Shown here piece after piece: positions 1 through 13,129 of a DNA stretch of 64,000 bases (positions within the stretch are counted from its first letter, which is position 1; each line of letters opens with the position of its first letter). The stretch is from the NCBI GenBank assembly GCA_964188305.1, contig OZ076889.1; one strand, 5' to 3'. The position numbers were made by a program, and so were the translations under genes. This stretch comes from Podarcis bocagei. Its lineage: Eukaryota. The notes beneath the pieces are model-generated. The model searched no databases. It worked only from the letters and a program-made list of their open reading frames with translations, and was not told the origin of the DNA.

Positions 1-1737
1 GATTTTGGGAGTTTGCAGGGGGGGGGGAGAAGCTTTGTTGCAAAAGTGGAACATCACTTGTGCACCACTAGGTATGTCTGAAGAAGCTATTTAGTTTATA
101 GCCATTTACAAATGGGTCATTATAAATTTTATTTTTTTAAAAAAACCATATTCAACCACTTTGCCACCTCAGCATCCAAATTGTCCTAAGAGAAAAGCCA
201 TAACAGAATGAAAACAGCATCAGATGCACAGTAATAAGTATATTTTCAAATTATTGTGTGGCAGAACTCCCATACTACCAAAGATTGTCTAAGCAAAAAT
301 ATATTATAATTCACACTAGGAACTACATATTCATTTATTTTCTTCTCTCTTTGTTATTAATAGCTGTACTACATATAAACTAGTAGTGCATTGGACATCA
401 TGGGTCATCAGTGGCAAGGTTTTTAATATTTCAGGACAGATCAATACCAATGCAAATAAAATAATGTTGTGTCAGGTCTGATTTCTCAGGGAATTCAATG
501 AGGCCATGTCCGTTCTTGACAGCCAAACTCTGGCTCTGCAATTCAATACAAATAAAAGGCACTGGTATTATCACTGCTTTTTAATGGATCCACTTCAGAG
601 AAAACTGGAAGTATTCCCCAAAGAATACCATTCTATGAGAATCAGATTTACAGACCTGCCGTTTTAACATGGACATAAAGAAACTTGATTACTGAAAAAC
701 AAAATTAATCTCAATGTTTCTTTTGTTGTGTGTGTATTTGTGTAGAGTGGATAATTTATTTTGCAATTCACTGTTAGTTGTTTTAAGCCAAATATATTTC
801 CCCCACACACCCCAAGCTATGTGCTAAAGAAAAAATACTGCCTGTACCAAAGTCAGAGAGCATAGCCATTGATTTCAGTGGAGCCAGAACTGCAGCCACA
901 GAAACCCAATGGAACTCTCTAAAAGTGCAGGTTAAGAGAAGGGTTATTCTACATTGAATTATGTATATAAATATTTTATATAACTGTGCTAAGCAAAGAA
1001 ACATACAGACCATTTTCTTACTAGGTCTGGTCTAAGGGTATAACACTTACACACTGCTTTGAAAGCAATGAAAGCAGGGTTGTTGTTTTTTAAGAACTCC
1101 TAGTTCTTTCTGCATTCCATGTTTACTCGGTAAAGTTCATGCAACCATCCTGTTCCTAAATCAAAAGGAGAGACTTCTATCTCCAATTCTTGCAACAGAT
1201 TGTTACAGGTAAATTGTCTTATTTATTTATTTTTCCTTTTTCTATTAACTTACCCACTAAATTTGTAAATCACATTTCAAGGCAGTTTACCATCAAAACA
1301 ACAAAAGTATTCAAATAGAATATGCAACTGTAGCCACAAGATAAATTAGAACTAAAAGGCATCAACAATGAACAATTTCTGGGGAAGAGATTGAGAGGTT
1401 TCTGGCCCTCATAGGCCAATCTAACCTCCAAATTGAAAACCAAAAGTTGTGGTGCAAATCCAAAAGTTGTGGTGCTGGGAGCTCCAATTCTACTTTTTGT
1501 TGAGTTTGTTTCAGTGGCTACTGGCACATCACAAACATTGCTTTTACTGCCATTGTTCCCATGCTTCCTATTAATCAGTAATCCGAAATCCTGAGCTTGC
1601 ACTACAAAACTTGCACTGCATTTACAAGAAAAGATCATGGGTTTAGATTCCATCTGTGTAAGACTTACCTTACTAGCCAGTATCTTTCCATAGGCAGAAA
1701 ACTGTTCCTTCAAATTAAAGGGCCAATATTATTTCTA

Positions 1738-1997
1738 CCCTACTCAGCCATGAAGCTTCCTGGGTGACCTTGGGCCATTCACAGCCTCACAGCCTAAGCT
1801 ATCTCATAGGGTCGTTGTAGGTATTTAAATGGATAGGGGGAAAAGAATTGAACACCACCTTGTGCTCTTTGGAGAAAAGGAAAGATAGCTCAGTTGGCTA
1901 GAGTGTGGTGGGTGTTGAACTAGATGATCTTCAGGTTCCCTTCCTACATTTCTATGATTCTGTGAAATGCAATAAATAAATTTAATAAATAAATAAA
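1738..1997 (+). mobile_element. Old CORE/MIR-like squamate SINE (Squam2-like), interrupted by a short SINE
   Basis: cagccatgaagcttcctgggtgaccttgggcc...ctcatagggtcgttgtagg...caccaccttgtgctctttggagaaaagg followed by an (AATA)n tail. It is homologous to the reverse copy at 5440-5582. Confidence 0.6.
1884..1964 (+). mobile_element. Short tRNA-head/CR1-tail SINE (Squam3-like), internally deleted
   Basis: tRNA-like head gatagctcagttggctagag joined to a CR1-type 3' end, gttgaactagatgatcttcaggttcccttcc...ttctatgattctgtga. Confidence 0.6.
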
Positions 1998-2034
1998 TAC
2001 AGAGCCCGCTGTATATTTGAATTTGGCTCTTCCG

Positions 2035-2397
2035 TGGGTGACGCTGTGGGTTAAACCACAGAGCCTAGGACTTGCCGATCAGAAGGCCGACGGTTCGAAT
2101 CTCCATGACAGGGTGAGCTCCCGTTGCTCGGTCCCTGCTCCTGCCAATCTGGCAGTTCGAAAGCACCTCAAAGTGCAAGTAGATAAATAGGTACTGCTCT
2201 GGCGGGAAGGTAAACGGCGTTTCCGTGCGCTGCTCTGGTTCACCAGAAGCGGCCTACTCATGCTGGCCACATGACCTGGAAGCTGTATGCCGGCTCCCTC
2301 GGCCAATAAAGCGAGATGAGTGCCGCAACCCCAGAGTCGGCCACAACTGGACCTAATGGTTAGGGGTCCCCTTTACCTTTACCTTTACCTTTACCTT
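2035..2397 (+). mobile_element. Sauria SINE, near full length (subfamily with ggacctaatgg 3' region)
   Basis: A-box-like gtgacgctgtgg, B-box ggttcgaatc, core aagtgcaagtagataaataggtac and an (ACCTTT)n tail. Confidence 0.93.
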
Positions 2398-5300
2398 AAT
2401 GAAGATTACTAAGTGTTTATGGCTATCATCCTGTGTACATTTACCAGCAAATAAGTCATATTGAACTCAGTGAGCCTTGCTTCCTAGTAGGCATGTATAT
2501 GATTGCACTGCCAATTGCAGAATGCTGCTTGATGTCATGCCTTGATGTGATATTTAAGGAAAGCACTTGTCCTCTTCATGGTAGATTTGATGTTGACCTT
2601 CTAATAAATTTGGGTGAGCTCTGAAACTTGTACACACAGTTGTACCTTCATGCATAATCCCTTTTCTTTGTGCTATATGGAACATATGTTTTGCAAAGCT
2701 CCCTCCACCTACCCAGTTTTGCCCATTTTCCTGTGATGATGTAATTCTCTTAGTGCAATGTTTTTGTCCTTACATTTGTGGAATTCCCCAGTATAGCCTT
2801 TTTGGCTTTGACTGTCCCAGTAACTCATAGTTTGTTTTTTGCTGCTGATAGAACTTAGGCATCATCAGTTTCTGTTGTTCCTGTGATTAAATGCCTGACT
2901 AGTCATAAGAGTGATATAAACGTTATAAAAGTTTTATGCTTTCCCTGACCTTAATCTATTGCTGCTGAAATACTTGTATACTCATTCAATGTTCCCTTGC
3001 AGAACAGCAAATATGGGATTTCTCTGGGAAGTTTTAGCCTCAGTCAGTTGTTAGTTCTGGATAACATTCTGGCAGCTAATGTCCTCCAAAGCGGGAAGCG
3101 AAGGGTAGTCCTGTAATTCACACAGAAAACTCAGAATATAACCTGAAAGGGTTAAATTCTAAAAGCCAGCCAGCGAACAGATACCCTGTTATTTGCTTAA
3201 CAAGGTTTTTTGTGTGTGCATATTTCTTTCACAGAGTGTTCTGAGTTCATTTCAAATAATTCTTTCAGCTGCTTCCTGGACTTCCTGTCATGCAAACGGA
3301 TAAAACAATATGACTTGCTAGGTGGGGGAAGAAACCTCAAATAAATTACATAGTAAAGCTATATATGCTATACTTTGGGCTCATGTCCTGGTCCAGTGTT
3401 GTGCTGATTCCAGTATTACTTCTGTAGGCTTGAGAAGGTAGAAGACAGGTGGATGCCATAGAATTCTAGGCTAAGTAGCAGCTGAACATCTTGCAGTAGT
3501 TAATACTGTAGTTAGGTCTGTCAGCAAAACCAGATATGTAAAGATTATGACTTAATCTAACCATAATGGTTGTAAAAAGAAATATCATAATTCGTTTTTA
3601 AATTAGACATTTTCTCTGGAAAGAAAAAGTGGAGATATAGGCAAGTGCCTTATGCACATGTGAAGATTCTTCTAGGCAAAGGATTTTTTTCTAAAGTTGC
3701 TTTCTTTTCTTCCCAGTAATAGAACAAGCTTATTTTTCTGGAGTAAATTCAGCCTCTGGTTCTATTCTCAGGTTGTACATAGGCAGTAGATCTGCCCTTA
3801 GCAGTCCAGGATGCTTAAATGTACACAAATCTCCTTCTATTCAGATATTATCAGATAGGAGCTTTTTGGGTTAACGATACAAGACCACAAGAGGCAAATC
3901 AGATTTGACCTTACATGAACTATCGGTCTGTACTGTACGAACAGCAATATTACTAGATGCGGTTTTGGTTTGGGAGGCGCTCACACACCAACAGCAATTT
4001 ATATCTGTTCACATAATGGTTTATTCTGCCCTTTGTCCTCTGTACATCTGTGACTTTTCCAAGACAATTGGCAAAGTGTTGTTAAGAACAGATGTTAAAA
4101 AATTGTTCATCTGTTATCTGTAAACCCCACTAGTCAGTGCTTTCAGGAGTGTTTCATCTAGGGGTTTGAACTATTTGCTGGGAACAGAGATACACATAAT
4201 TTAAAACAATGAGCCTTGTTTGATTGATGAATAGTTAGCCTTTGATTACGAGTGTGCTTTAAAAATTGGATATGGCAAGGAGTCAGGCACACGGTCATTT
4301 ATACAACATTCCTGAAAACAAATGCTGTGTTTGTGGAAGGAGAGAATGATAAATAAGTGGTAGAGCTGTTGGGAAAAGAAGAACTCTACCTAGTTACTAT
4401 TAGCCATAGAAAGATTTTAATATGTTTCTCACAGTCATTGAAATCATGGTCATCCCTACAATCTGAAAACAAAGCACAATGCTAAACGGATATGTAAAGT
4501 TTTATTTTTGGCATACATCTCCATGGATGTTAAATGTGGATGGCAGCAGGTTACCACAATTCACAGTATCTTTTAAAATAGGGTATTTCTTTGAACTTCT
4601 TTCCTGTTGAATATATATTTGACTGTAATTTAAGCATGTGATAATTTTCACAGAACATTTTCCTAGTCCGCCTAGTCCTAATATCCCATTTCAGGTCATA
4701 GCTCTATTGGGCCTGGGGATGCAAATGCTTGGATGATCGATTGCCAGTCATTCATATCCAGCTTCAAGCAAAAGTTGAATTAAACATTTTTATCTTTTTC
4801 CTTAAGCATCTTAGCTAGTGCTCATTTATGGCTCTTTCCTATCCTGATCTGTTTAGTGTGTGTATGTTCTTTTCATTTGACTTTAAAATATCTGGCTGTT
4901 GATTTCATGTCCAGTTGCATAGCTCCTTTATTTTGGGAACAGCAGAAAACAAAAACAGAAACCCTTCTTTGTTCTCTACTTGCTATGCTGGAGGCTTCAA
5001 TACCCACTTTCAGTACTGTCAGACTCAGAGTGGCTGACCTAATATTCTCTGCCTGCCAGTAGCCTCAAGGGACTGTTCTATCAGCCCAGGAATGCCAGGG
5101 CAGTGGGATCTTCCTCCTGGCCTAGATGCCTTGTGCTTTTTAGCCAGAGAGACAGTGGCTGAGTGCCACAGGGATTTCCCTTTTACTTGGAACTGCAAAG
5201 TAGGAAGCCGCAGCAAGTCATAATAGAACTGAAGCTCAACAGATAAGCAGCAGCTACTCTTACGGCAATGAAGACAGTTCAGATGAGGCACAGCCAATGG

Positions 5301-5439
5301 ACTATTGGTGTACTTTTCTACTAGTAGAAACCTTGATCCTCACTGGATAAAACTAGTACCATTTCCTTAAAGAAATTCTAGTTACTGTAGTTTATCACTT
5401 ACAAATTCAGTTCTCCTTCTTTCCCTCATCCTTTTAATT

Positions 5440-5582
5440 CCCTACAACAACCCTGTGAGGTAAGCTAGGCTAAGAGCCAGTGAGTGTCCCAAAGATACCC
5501 AGTAAGCTTCATGGCCAAGAGAGGATTCAGACCTTTATTTCCCAGGTCCTGGTTCAACACTCTAACCACTACACCACACTGA
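5440..5582 (-). mobile_element. Old CORE/MIR-like SINE (Squam2-like) fragment
   Basis: ctacaacaaccctgtgaggtaagctagg...aagcttcatggcc...actctaaccactacaccacactg; the reverse complement begins with a tRNA-like head (cagtgtggtgtagtggttagagtg). Confidence 0.65.
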
Positions 5583-5966
5583 CAAACATTGTATGAAGCC
5601 AGCTAATAATTGACTACAGAGTATTATTGAGATTGTAGTTGTTATTATGCACAATCGTTTCAAAGTTCTATCTGCCTGCACTTCAAATATCTAAAAACTA
5701 AATTGCTAAACACCATACAAAAAATAAAACCATCATTTTTGTTGCCAAAGTGTATCATATTCAGGAAAGAGGAAAACAATAAAAGATACAATTAATTTAC
5801 TCCATGTTAAGGTTCCCCAGTGGGGCCCATTTACAGAATCTCTTAATACACACCATTTACAAACTTGAAATGGTTCTGAACACACAATCTGGGTAAAGGC
5901 TATGTTTTCCTCTCACTTTTAATGTTAATGTGAACATAATTGTAGGCCAACTTCCCAGAGCAAATA

Positions 5967-6197
5967 CAGTGGTACCTCAGGTTAAGAACTTAATTCGTTC
6001 TAGAGGTCCATTCTTAACCTGAAACTGTTCTTAACCTGAGGTGCCACTTTAGCTAATGGGGCCTCCCACTGCCGCCATGTGATTTCTGTTCTCATCCTGA
6101 AGCAAAATGCTTAACCTGAGGTACTATTTCTGGGTTAGCGGCGTCTGTAACCTGAAGCGTCTGTAAGCTGAAGCATCTGTAACCTGAGGTACCACTG
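5967..6197 (+). mobile_element. Tc1/mariner (Tigger/pogo-like) MITE, family A
   Basis: TA|CAGTGGTACCTCAGGTT...AACCTGAGGTACCACTG|TA terminal inverted repeats, TA target duplication and 16-bp subterminal repeats. Confidence 0.92.
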
Positions 6198-8325
6198 TAA
6201 CAACTTAATGTGGAGTAGTTACTCAGGAGAAAGAGCTAAATTCTGCATACTACAACAGTCCCAGTCTTGGTCAAAGCTCTAGCAGCTATTATTTTTAAAC
6301 GAAAATGGCACATTCAGGACATACACACATTTAACATATTTAATCTATGAGTACAGATGAAGCTGATGGTGATTATTCTAGGTGTGTGAATCCAGAAATA
6401 TAGGCTATAATGTACAGGAGCTTGGAGTTGCTGTTGGAGCCAGGATGACGTATTATGTAGGTGAGGCACTAGGGCATTGGGGGTAAAAATTATGGTAATT
6501 TTTGCAGATTTGTTCAGTGAGTGGTCTTAAAAATAGGTTTTGGGGTGTGAGGAATTCAAATCCACTATTGCTTTTGTGATTAGACAGCATTTCGCTTGGT
6601 AAATCTACATTTGATTAAAAAGCATATAAACTGCTCTCAGAAAACCTTTTTTTATTTTATCTTCTGAAAATGTCAAGTAATGCTATTAAAAATTTAGTTT
6701 CTCTGTATAAAGCATATCCTACTAAGCATACAGCATCACCTTGTAATCATAAAACATTAGAAAGTAATGACATCAGTTAATAAGAAATTTAAACAACAAG
6801 TTTCATGAAGTCTTGCTTTGATTCATTCTTGGACATCAGCCACTAACTTGCTTCTTGGGTACTGGGGACATGGTTTGGATATTATGCCACAAAAAATACA
6901 ACATAAGCATATGCTATTGAGTTTTGTGTGTACAGGCAACTTTTAAATTTAGTAGCGGAAGAAAACTAAAAGATTTCCCACTTTGCATTTCCACAGCTGA
7001 ATTAACTATGTGTTCCTTAGCATTTTTGCTATGGCTAACATTCTTTGCACATTAACATGGGAGTAAGCCTCATTTGTCACAGTGTGACTTGCCACTTTAG
7101 AGAGTCTGCATGTATAGAGCTGTGTGTCCATGTGTCCCAAGTACCAATGTGAATTAACCTATTCAAACACTGTACCATTAGTTTCTGAGCCCTATTTCAC
7201 CTGCTACCCCACTTAAAAAAATAAATAGTTCGTTTTGCCTTAGATGTGCAACCAAAACTGCATGAAAATATCTTTGTACAGTGCTCATGAATAGTATACT
7301 GTATATTTAATATATCATTTTAACATTATTGATTTAGGTTATGGAGAGTCATCTTGTCTCCCTCACACACACAACATTTAGTGATTTAGCATCTGTTGAG
7401 CATAAGAAATAATTAATGACAAACAGGCAATATTTGTTGCCTTATAGCTTCCACGATGGGCAGAATATTAATTGCAGAAATGTATTTGCTATCTTGTCAC
7501 AAAATATCTTGGGTATTTTGACAAATATGGCAACTTCATAAACTGTTTTCTTACTAAAATCTAATGGCGTTACAAAATTACTGATTTACTCTCTGAAAAC
7601 AACAACAACCCTCAACTTTTTAAGCAGCAGTGTTGTCAGCTTGCCAATTAAGGTCTAGGAAGAGTCTCCTTCGAGAGGCACTACCAAACAAATACAGATT
7701 GTATGAGTTGGTTTGTCAAGAAGTACATACTTTAATTAGTGTGGGATATATTTTGATTTTTCAAGGCCTTTCCTTTTCTGACCTATGCTATTCTTAAGAT
7801 TATAATTAGAAAATGGTGTTTTATACTGGTCATCCATCCATTATGTAAGTCATTGGAATTTGGCTTGTAAAACTATACATAGTTGAATTTGATTACCAAA
7901 TGGTTATGGCTGTTTGATACTATTAACTGTATTACAATGTGTATTTATGATTTCACATACTGTCACTTCTCATTCCAGTAGTGACCTCTGGGCCAAATTT
8001 TGATATAACAACAAACCATGCATGTGCAATTGTAAGCACACAGATCCTTGGTTTGAGAATGAACTATGCTTTATGCATTAAGGAGGTAGGAAGAGAAGCA
8101 GGGAACTGAATGCCCAAGCTTTGCACCTGTTTCTGTTCATAACAACCTTTGTACCAGCCTTTGCTATAGTATATAGAATATTTGGGGCTCACTGCTAGTC
8201 TTCTTTTGTTTGCATAGAATGATTATCAAATATGTGCTTTTTTGCTAGCTGCTAATTATGTGGTAATGTTCCCAAAGACAGATTTTCCCAGCTGTAACGG
8301 AGGTTGGGGATAGGTGGATCTAGAC

Positions 8326-8552
8326 CATGGGTAGGCAAACTAAGGCCCGGGGACTGGATGCGGCCCAATTGCCTTCTAAATCCGACCCGCAGACGTCCGA
8401 GAATCTGCGTGTTTTTACATGAGTAGAATGTGTCCTTTTATTTAAAATGCATCTCTGGGTTATTTATGGGGCATAGGAATTTGTTCACGCCCCCTCCCCG
8501 AAATCTACTCCTGCCCCCCACAAGGTCTGCTGAAAAAGTTTGCTGATCCTTG
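8326..8552 (+). mobile_element. hAT (Charlie-like) non-autonomous element
   Basis: Perfect 8-bp TSD ATCTAGAC at 8318-8325 and 8553-8560, imperfect TIRs catgggtaggcaaact / agtttgctgatccttg, and internal ggcccg/cggccc motifs. Confidence 0.85.
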
Positions 8553-8917
8553 ATCTAGACATTGCAGACATTGTCTTCAACTGCAGTTCTCCAATTAAAG
8601 GCAGGGGGAGCCATTCCAGCATAAGGTTTATGATGGCTTCAAATGCACAGGCAAATCTTCTACCAAAGGAAAAATATTGGTGTTACTGATATCAGTTGGA
8701 ACTGGTTATATCTTTGTTTATATTTCCTTGAAAAAGTAGTGCATACTAGAAATTATTATTTAAAATTGTTAGCAAGTTTAGTTGATGTCTTCATTTGAAG
8801 AATTCCGTTTAATGAAATCGCAGCAAAAATTTTCAAAGTCAAAGGTATGTTCAGCTTCTTATTTGAACCATTGACCTATTTATATGTTGATATGCAACCA
8901 TGGATTACAGGCATATA

Positions 8918-9148
8918 CAGTGGTACCTCTGGTTACAAAATTAATTCGTTCCGGAGGTCCGTTCTTAACCTGAAACCATTTTTAGCCTGAGGTACCACTT
9001 TAGCTAATGGGGCCTCCCGCTGCCGCCGTGTGATTTCTGTTCTCATCCTGAGGTAAAGTTCTTAACCCAAGGTACTACTTCCAGGTTAGTGGAGTCTGTA
9101 AACCGAAGTGTTTGTAACCTGAGATGTTTGTATCCTGAGGTACCACTG
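8918..9148 (+). mobile_element. Tigger/pogo-like MITE, family A
   Basis: TA|CAGTGGTACCTC...GAGGTACCACTG|TA; colinear with 5967-6197. Confidence 0.92.
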
Positions 9149-10018
9149 TACAACACTGAAGTCACCATAGCTGCTTTTATCTCTCCCTGTGCCCCTTTCC
9201 CCTGCTGGCTCATTCGTTTGTTACTTTAGTTTAGCAACCTCAGGCTTCCATGTGAAAATGAGAGTCTTGGACCAAAGTAAAAATATCTGTGGTTTCTTCA
9301 ACTTGGCTATCTTATGCTAGTTCAGACTCCCAAGACTGTAAAACTAAGGTGACTGTCATGATTTAATTTGCAATCCAATTGTACTGTTTGGTCAGCTCTA
9401 GAAGAAGATATTTAAAATGTTTCTAGGCTGATTTACTTTACAAATGCACATTAAAACAGGAAACCACAGTAATGCCTTGCATTTATAAAATGTAGCAAAG
9501 CATCTAAAAGCTCCTATTTATGGAACAACACACAGAATTTTTTTTTTAAAGCCCAGATATTCTAGACAGGCAGTAATGGTTCTGAACCAATGTATAAACT
9601 CAGTAAAGAACTGATTGTGGCTTAACAAATGGAAGCTTCCTTCAAACAAGGCAGAAGTGCTCCTGCCAGGGGTCCAATCTGTTTTGCATGAGGCTGCATT
9701 TTCTTTGAATAATAGGGTTGCTTCTATAGAAAGAAGATGTTGCTGGAGTGATATATGCCTTACAGTGCAATCCTAAGCATGTCTACTCAAAAGTAAATTT
9801 CACTGAGTTAATTCTAAGGGACAGAGCAATACAACCACCACCACCCCTTGTGCCATGATAGGGTTGGGGTTGGATTGAAATTGTGGCTAGACAAAAGTGC
9901 TTGGCATTTATGTGTGGAATTTGTTTGTTTGTATGTTTGTTTAATTTGGTATATGCCCCATAAAGCAAGCTCTCAAGGCAATTTATTTCTGAGGGTTGTT
10001 CCACTCTGTAACTGACTA

Positions 10019-10248
10019 CAGTGGTACCTCGCAAGACGAATGCCTCGCAAGACAAAAAACTCGCTAGACGAAAGGTTTTTTCGTCCGCGATTTGCCTCGC
10101 AAGACGAATTTCCCTATGGGCTTGCTTCGCAAGACGAAAACGTCTTGCGACTTTGTTAAGCCGTTTAAACCGTGCTTCGCAAGACGGAAAATTCGCTAGA
10201 CGGCAAAAATTGCAGAACGAATTAATTTCGTCTTGCGGGGCACCACTG
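10019..10248 (-). mobile_element. Tigger/pogo-like MITE, family B (short form)
   Basis: TA|CAGTGGTACCTCGCAAGACGAA...TTCGTCTTGCGGGGCACCACTG|TA with a repeated GCAAGACG motif. Both ends match 16212-17022 in the opposite orientation (strand given relative to that copy). Confidence 0.9.
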
Positions 10249-10399
10249 TATTCGTCTCCAGTATAATTCTCGATAGTTTTACATGCACCAGTAGGGTTTG
10301 ACAAAACAATGTGGCTTCTTTACATGAATTATTACATGACATCTCTCATGAAATGCTACTGCTTGCTATGTATTTGGACCGCATCTCCCCATATGAACC

Positions 10400-10734
10400 A
10401 ACCCAGGCTTTTCAATTATCACCTGAGGCCCTTCTTTGTGTGCCTCCTCCATGAAAGGTCTGGAGGGTGGCAACACGAGAACAAGCCTTTTTTGTGGACT
10501 GCTCTCCCTGGGGAGGCTCACCTGCCCCCTTCATTACATATCTTTAGGTACCAGGCAGAAACATTCCTCTTCTCCTTGGCCTTTGGCTAATTAAACAATC
10601 CATGGCTTTTTAAACTGGGGAGGCAGGTTATTGTTTGTTATAATGTTATATATTCTGGGGGTTTTATATTTAAAACTGCCCTATGATTTTTGGATGAAGC
10701 GTGGTATAGAAATTGTAATAATAATTTTAATAAA
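10400..10734 (+). mobile_element. Degenerate L2 LINE 3' end
   Basis: gaggcccttct...gggtggcaacacgagaacaagccttt...aaacattcctcttctccttggccttt resembles the L2 ORF2 C-terminus. It is followed by a T-rich 3' UTR, the terminal ctgccct...gaagcgtggtatagaaat motif and an AAT tail. Confidence 0.65.
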
Positions 10735-10794
10735 GAAGAAGAAGAAGAAGAAGAAGAAGAAGAAGAAGAAGAAGAAGAAGAAGAAGAAGAAGAA
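10735..10794. repeat. (GAA)20 microsatellite at the L2 tail
   Basis: Perfect GAA run read directly. Confidence 0.95.
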
Positions 10795-10941
10795 AGTGAT
10801 TTTCTGCTAGTCTCAAATACAAGCAGAATCCAAAATTGTTCTGATGATACCTAGTGCTAAGTTAGCTTGGTTAGGTAGAAAGTGTGGGAAGCTTTAAGGT
10901 TTCATAGATTTTAATACTCCCTTTAGTTCAGGCAAGAAGTA

Positions 10942-11186
10942 CAGTGGTACCTCTAGTTGCGGACATGATCCATTCCGAGGTGCCGTTCGCACCCTGAAAA
11001 GTCTGCAACTAGAGCGGTGCTTCTGCGCAAGCATGGAGCGCGATAGAGCGTTTCTGCACATGCGCAAAGTGTGCAGAACGCTTCTGTGCGCATGCTGCAA
11101 AACCCAGAAGTATACACTTCCGGGTTTGCCGCGTTTGCAACCCGAAAATCCGCAAAATGAAGCGAACACAACAAGAGGTATGCCTG
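10942..11186 (+). mobile_element. Tigger/pogo-like MITE, family C
   Basis: TA|CAGTGGTACCTC...GAGGTATGCCTG|TA (the right end reads CAGGCATACCTC on the minus strand, Tigger-like); internal tgcgcatgcgca-like and aacccagaagt..acttccgggtt palindromes. Confidence 0.88.
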
Positions 11187-12915
11187 TATGCAGATACACC
11201 TAAGTAACCCTACATCTAGTCATAGAATCATAATATTAGTTTATGATTTTTCTAAGATCTTTGTAGTTTTCTTGGTTATCCAGAATGAACGTAAGTGTGC
11301 ATTTCTCAGAGTGCATACTAAATGGCAACCAGCTTTTACATCATGGTGTATTTAAGCTCGACAGCAACACCGACTTTACTAGATGATTAACCAATTTATT
11401 GCGGCAGTGTGGTATTTAAAGCACCGATTAAGTGAAGTCTGCCAGTACAGTTAAAAGAAATTAGAGACACCATCATTGCTAAATCACTTTACCATTCAAA
11501 GACAAACCATAAACATATGCATTCATTTAATTATAATGGTGCAAATTATAAAGAGAAAATGTAATGCTGAGAGCAGTGGGTTTTATGTCATCATAATAAT
11601 GGCATGTATTTATCTTGGTTTGGCAAGTTAGTCCTTTGTTTAATAGTTGGCTTTGCCTAAATAGAATGTGGTTTGCTAAAACCCACAATAACCCCTGCCC
11701 CCTCCCCTGTGTTGTTGCACAAATGCTGAGCAATAATCATGTGGTATAAATGATTAATGTAGGCATGGGTTAGCAAGTATCATTGAGGTTTAAAGAGTGT
11801 TTTCTCTTTTTTTCCATTCTTTCGTTGGCCAAGGGACATGCCGTGATTAAATGGTGACCTTTAGATAGCACAAGGAAGTTGCTTCCCGTTCCGTAAAGTA
11901 CACTTGCACGTATGGCTTGATTCTAATCTCCTGAAATTATGCACATTCACTCCCCCTTTCTTCATTTGTCTGTTCTGAAAACATACTGATGTTGTTTGAA
12001 TTATTATTTAAGTGCATCAACAGTTAGGTCACAATCTATCATGAAGTCGTCCTGGGCAAGACATTAAAATAAATAGGTGCTGCACAAGAACTCGTTTGGG
12101 GCTTGGGTATAAATATCCCAGCACACAGGTATATCACTTAACAAGCGGAAACGTGTGTAAATAGCTGCTTTCCAGTTTAGAATAAATGGGACAACCTAAT
12201 AAGAATAAACAAAACCACAATTAATGCATGTGTGTGTTCTGTACAAATGACAGAAGAAACATATATTTTGTAACTGGGTATCTGTGATTTCAGCAAGGGT
12301 GAGCAGATCAAAGTGGGGATTCATAGGACTGGGCTATTAACAGCAGAGACTGCATTTTTCACTGTCCCACCAGTAGTTTTTGGTAGCTGAGAGGTGACAA
12401 GGAATAGGCATTATTAGTATTGGGCCATAGATTATTGGTCTCAATTTCTGTTTGGTTATTCCCCACTTTGACTACTTACTAGCACCATCAAAACTTTCTT
12501 TATTCTGCCAGGCCTTTGTGGTGTAAGATTTTTTCCACTTACATTCCTTCTATTTCCTTTAGGTTCTATTTTATTATCACTTTTTTGTATGTTTTTATTG
12601 GCATATTAAGTGGGTTGTTGAGATATTTTCTGCTGTTCTAGTGATATATTTGGGTGCCACCCTGGGCTCCCTTTAGGAAGAAGGACAGTGCACAAATGCC
12701 TTGAACTAAATAAAATAAACAGTATAAACCCAAGTCTTGTATTTAGTGGCTGACATTCTTGAATACCAATAAACATATTTATACTTTAGGAATGCAAAAT
12801 ATAAAACCATTTACATGCATCATAACCGTTTGTACACTAATATGCCTATATGTTTGATTTATGGTACAGATGTTAAGACACAATGGTTGAGGAGTGTGAT
12901 TTCCTTTCAGCAAGT

Positions 12916-13129
12916 TAGAATAATAGAATCATAGGGTTGGAAGGGATCCCAAGGGTCATCTAGTCCAACCCCTGCAATGCAGGAATCTCAGCTAGAGCAT
13001 CTATGACAGATGGTCGTTCAACCTTTGCTTAAAAACCTCCAAGGAAGGAGAGGGAGTCCGTTCCACGGCTGAACAGCTCTCAGAAAGTTCTTCCTGATGT
13101 TTAGTCAGAACCTCCTTTCTTGTAACTTG
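12916..13129 (-). mobile_element. CR1 LINE 3' fragment
   Basis: tagaatcatagggttggaagggatcccaagggtcatctagtccaacccc is the reverse complement of the canonical CR1 3' end with an (ATTCT/ATGATTCT) tail. Confidence 0.88.

Noticed and set aside
1270-1713. 147-aa minus-strand ORF
   Set aside because: Non-ATG start, no recognisable domain or splice context; consistent with a chance ORF.
9783-10304. 173-aa ORF, the longest in the track, and its relatives at 16742-17093
   Set aside because: They read through GC-rich MITE repeats and show no DDE/D transposase or HTH motifs.
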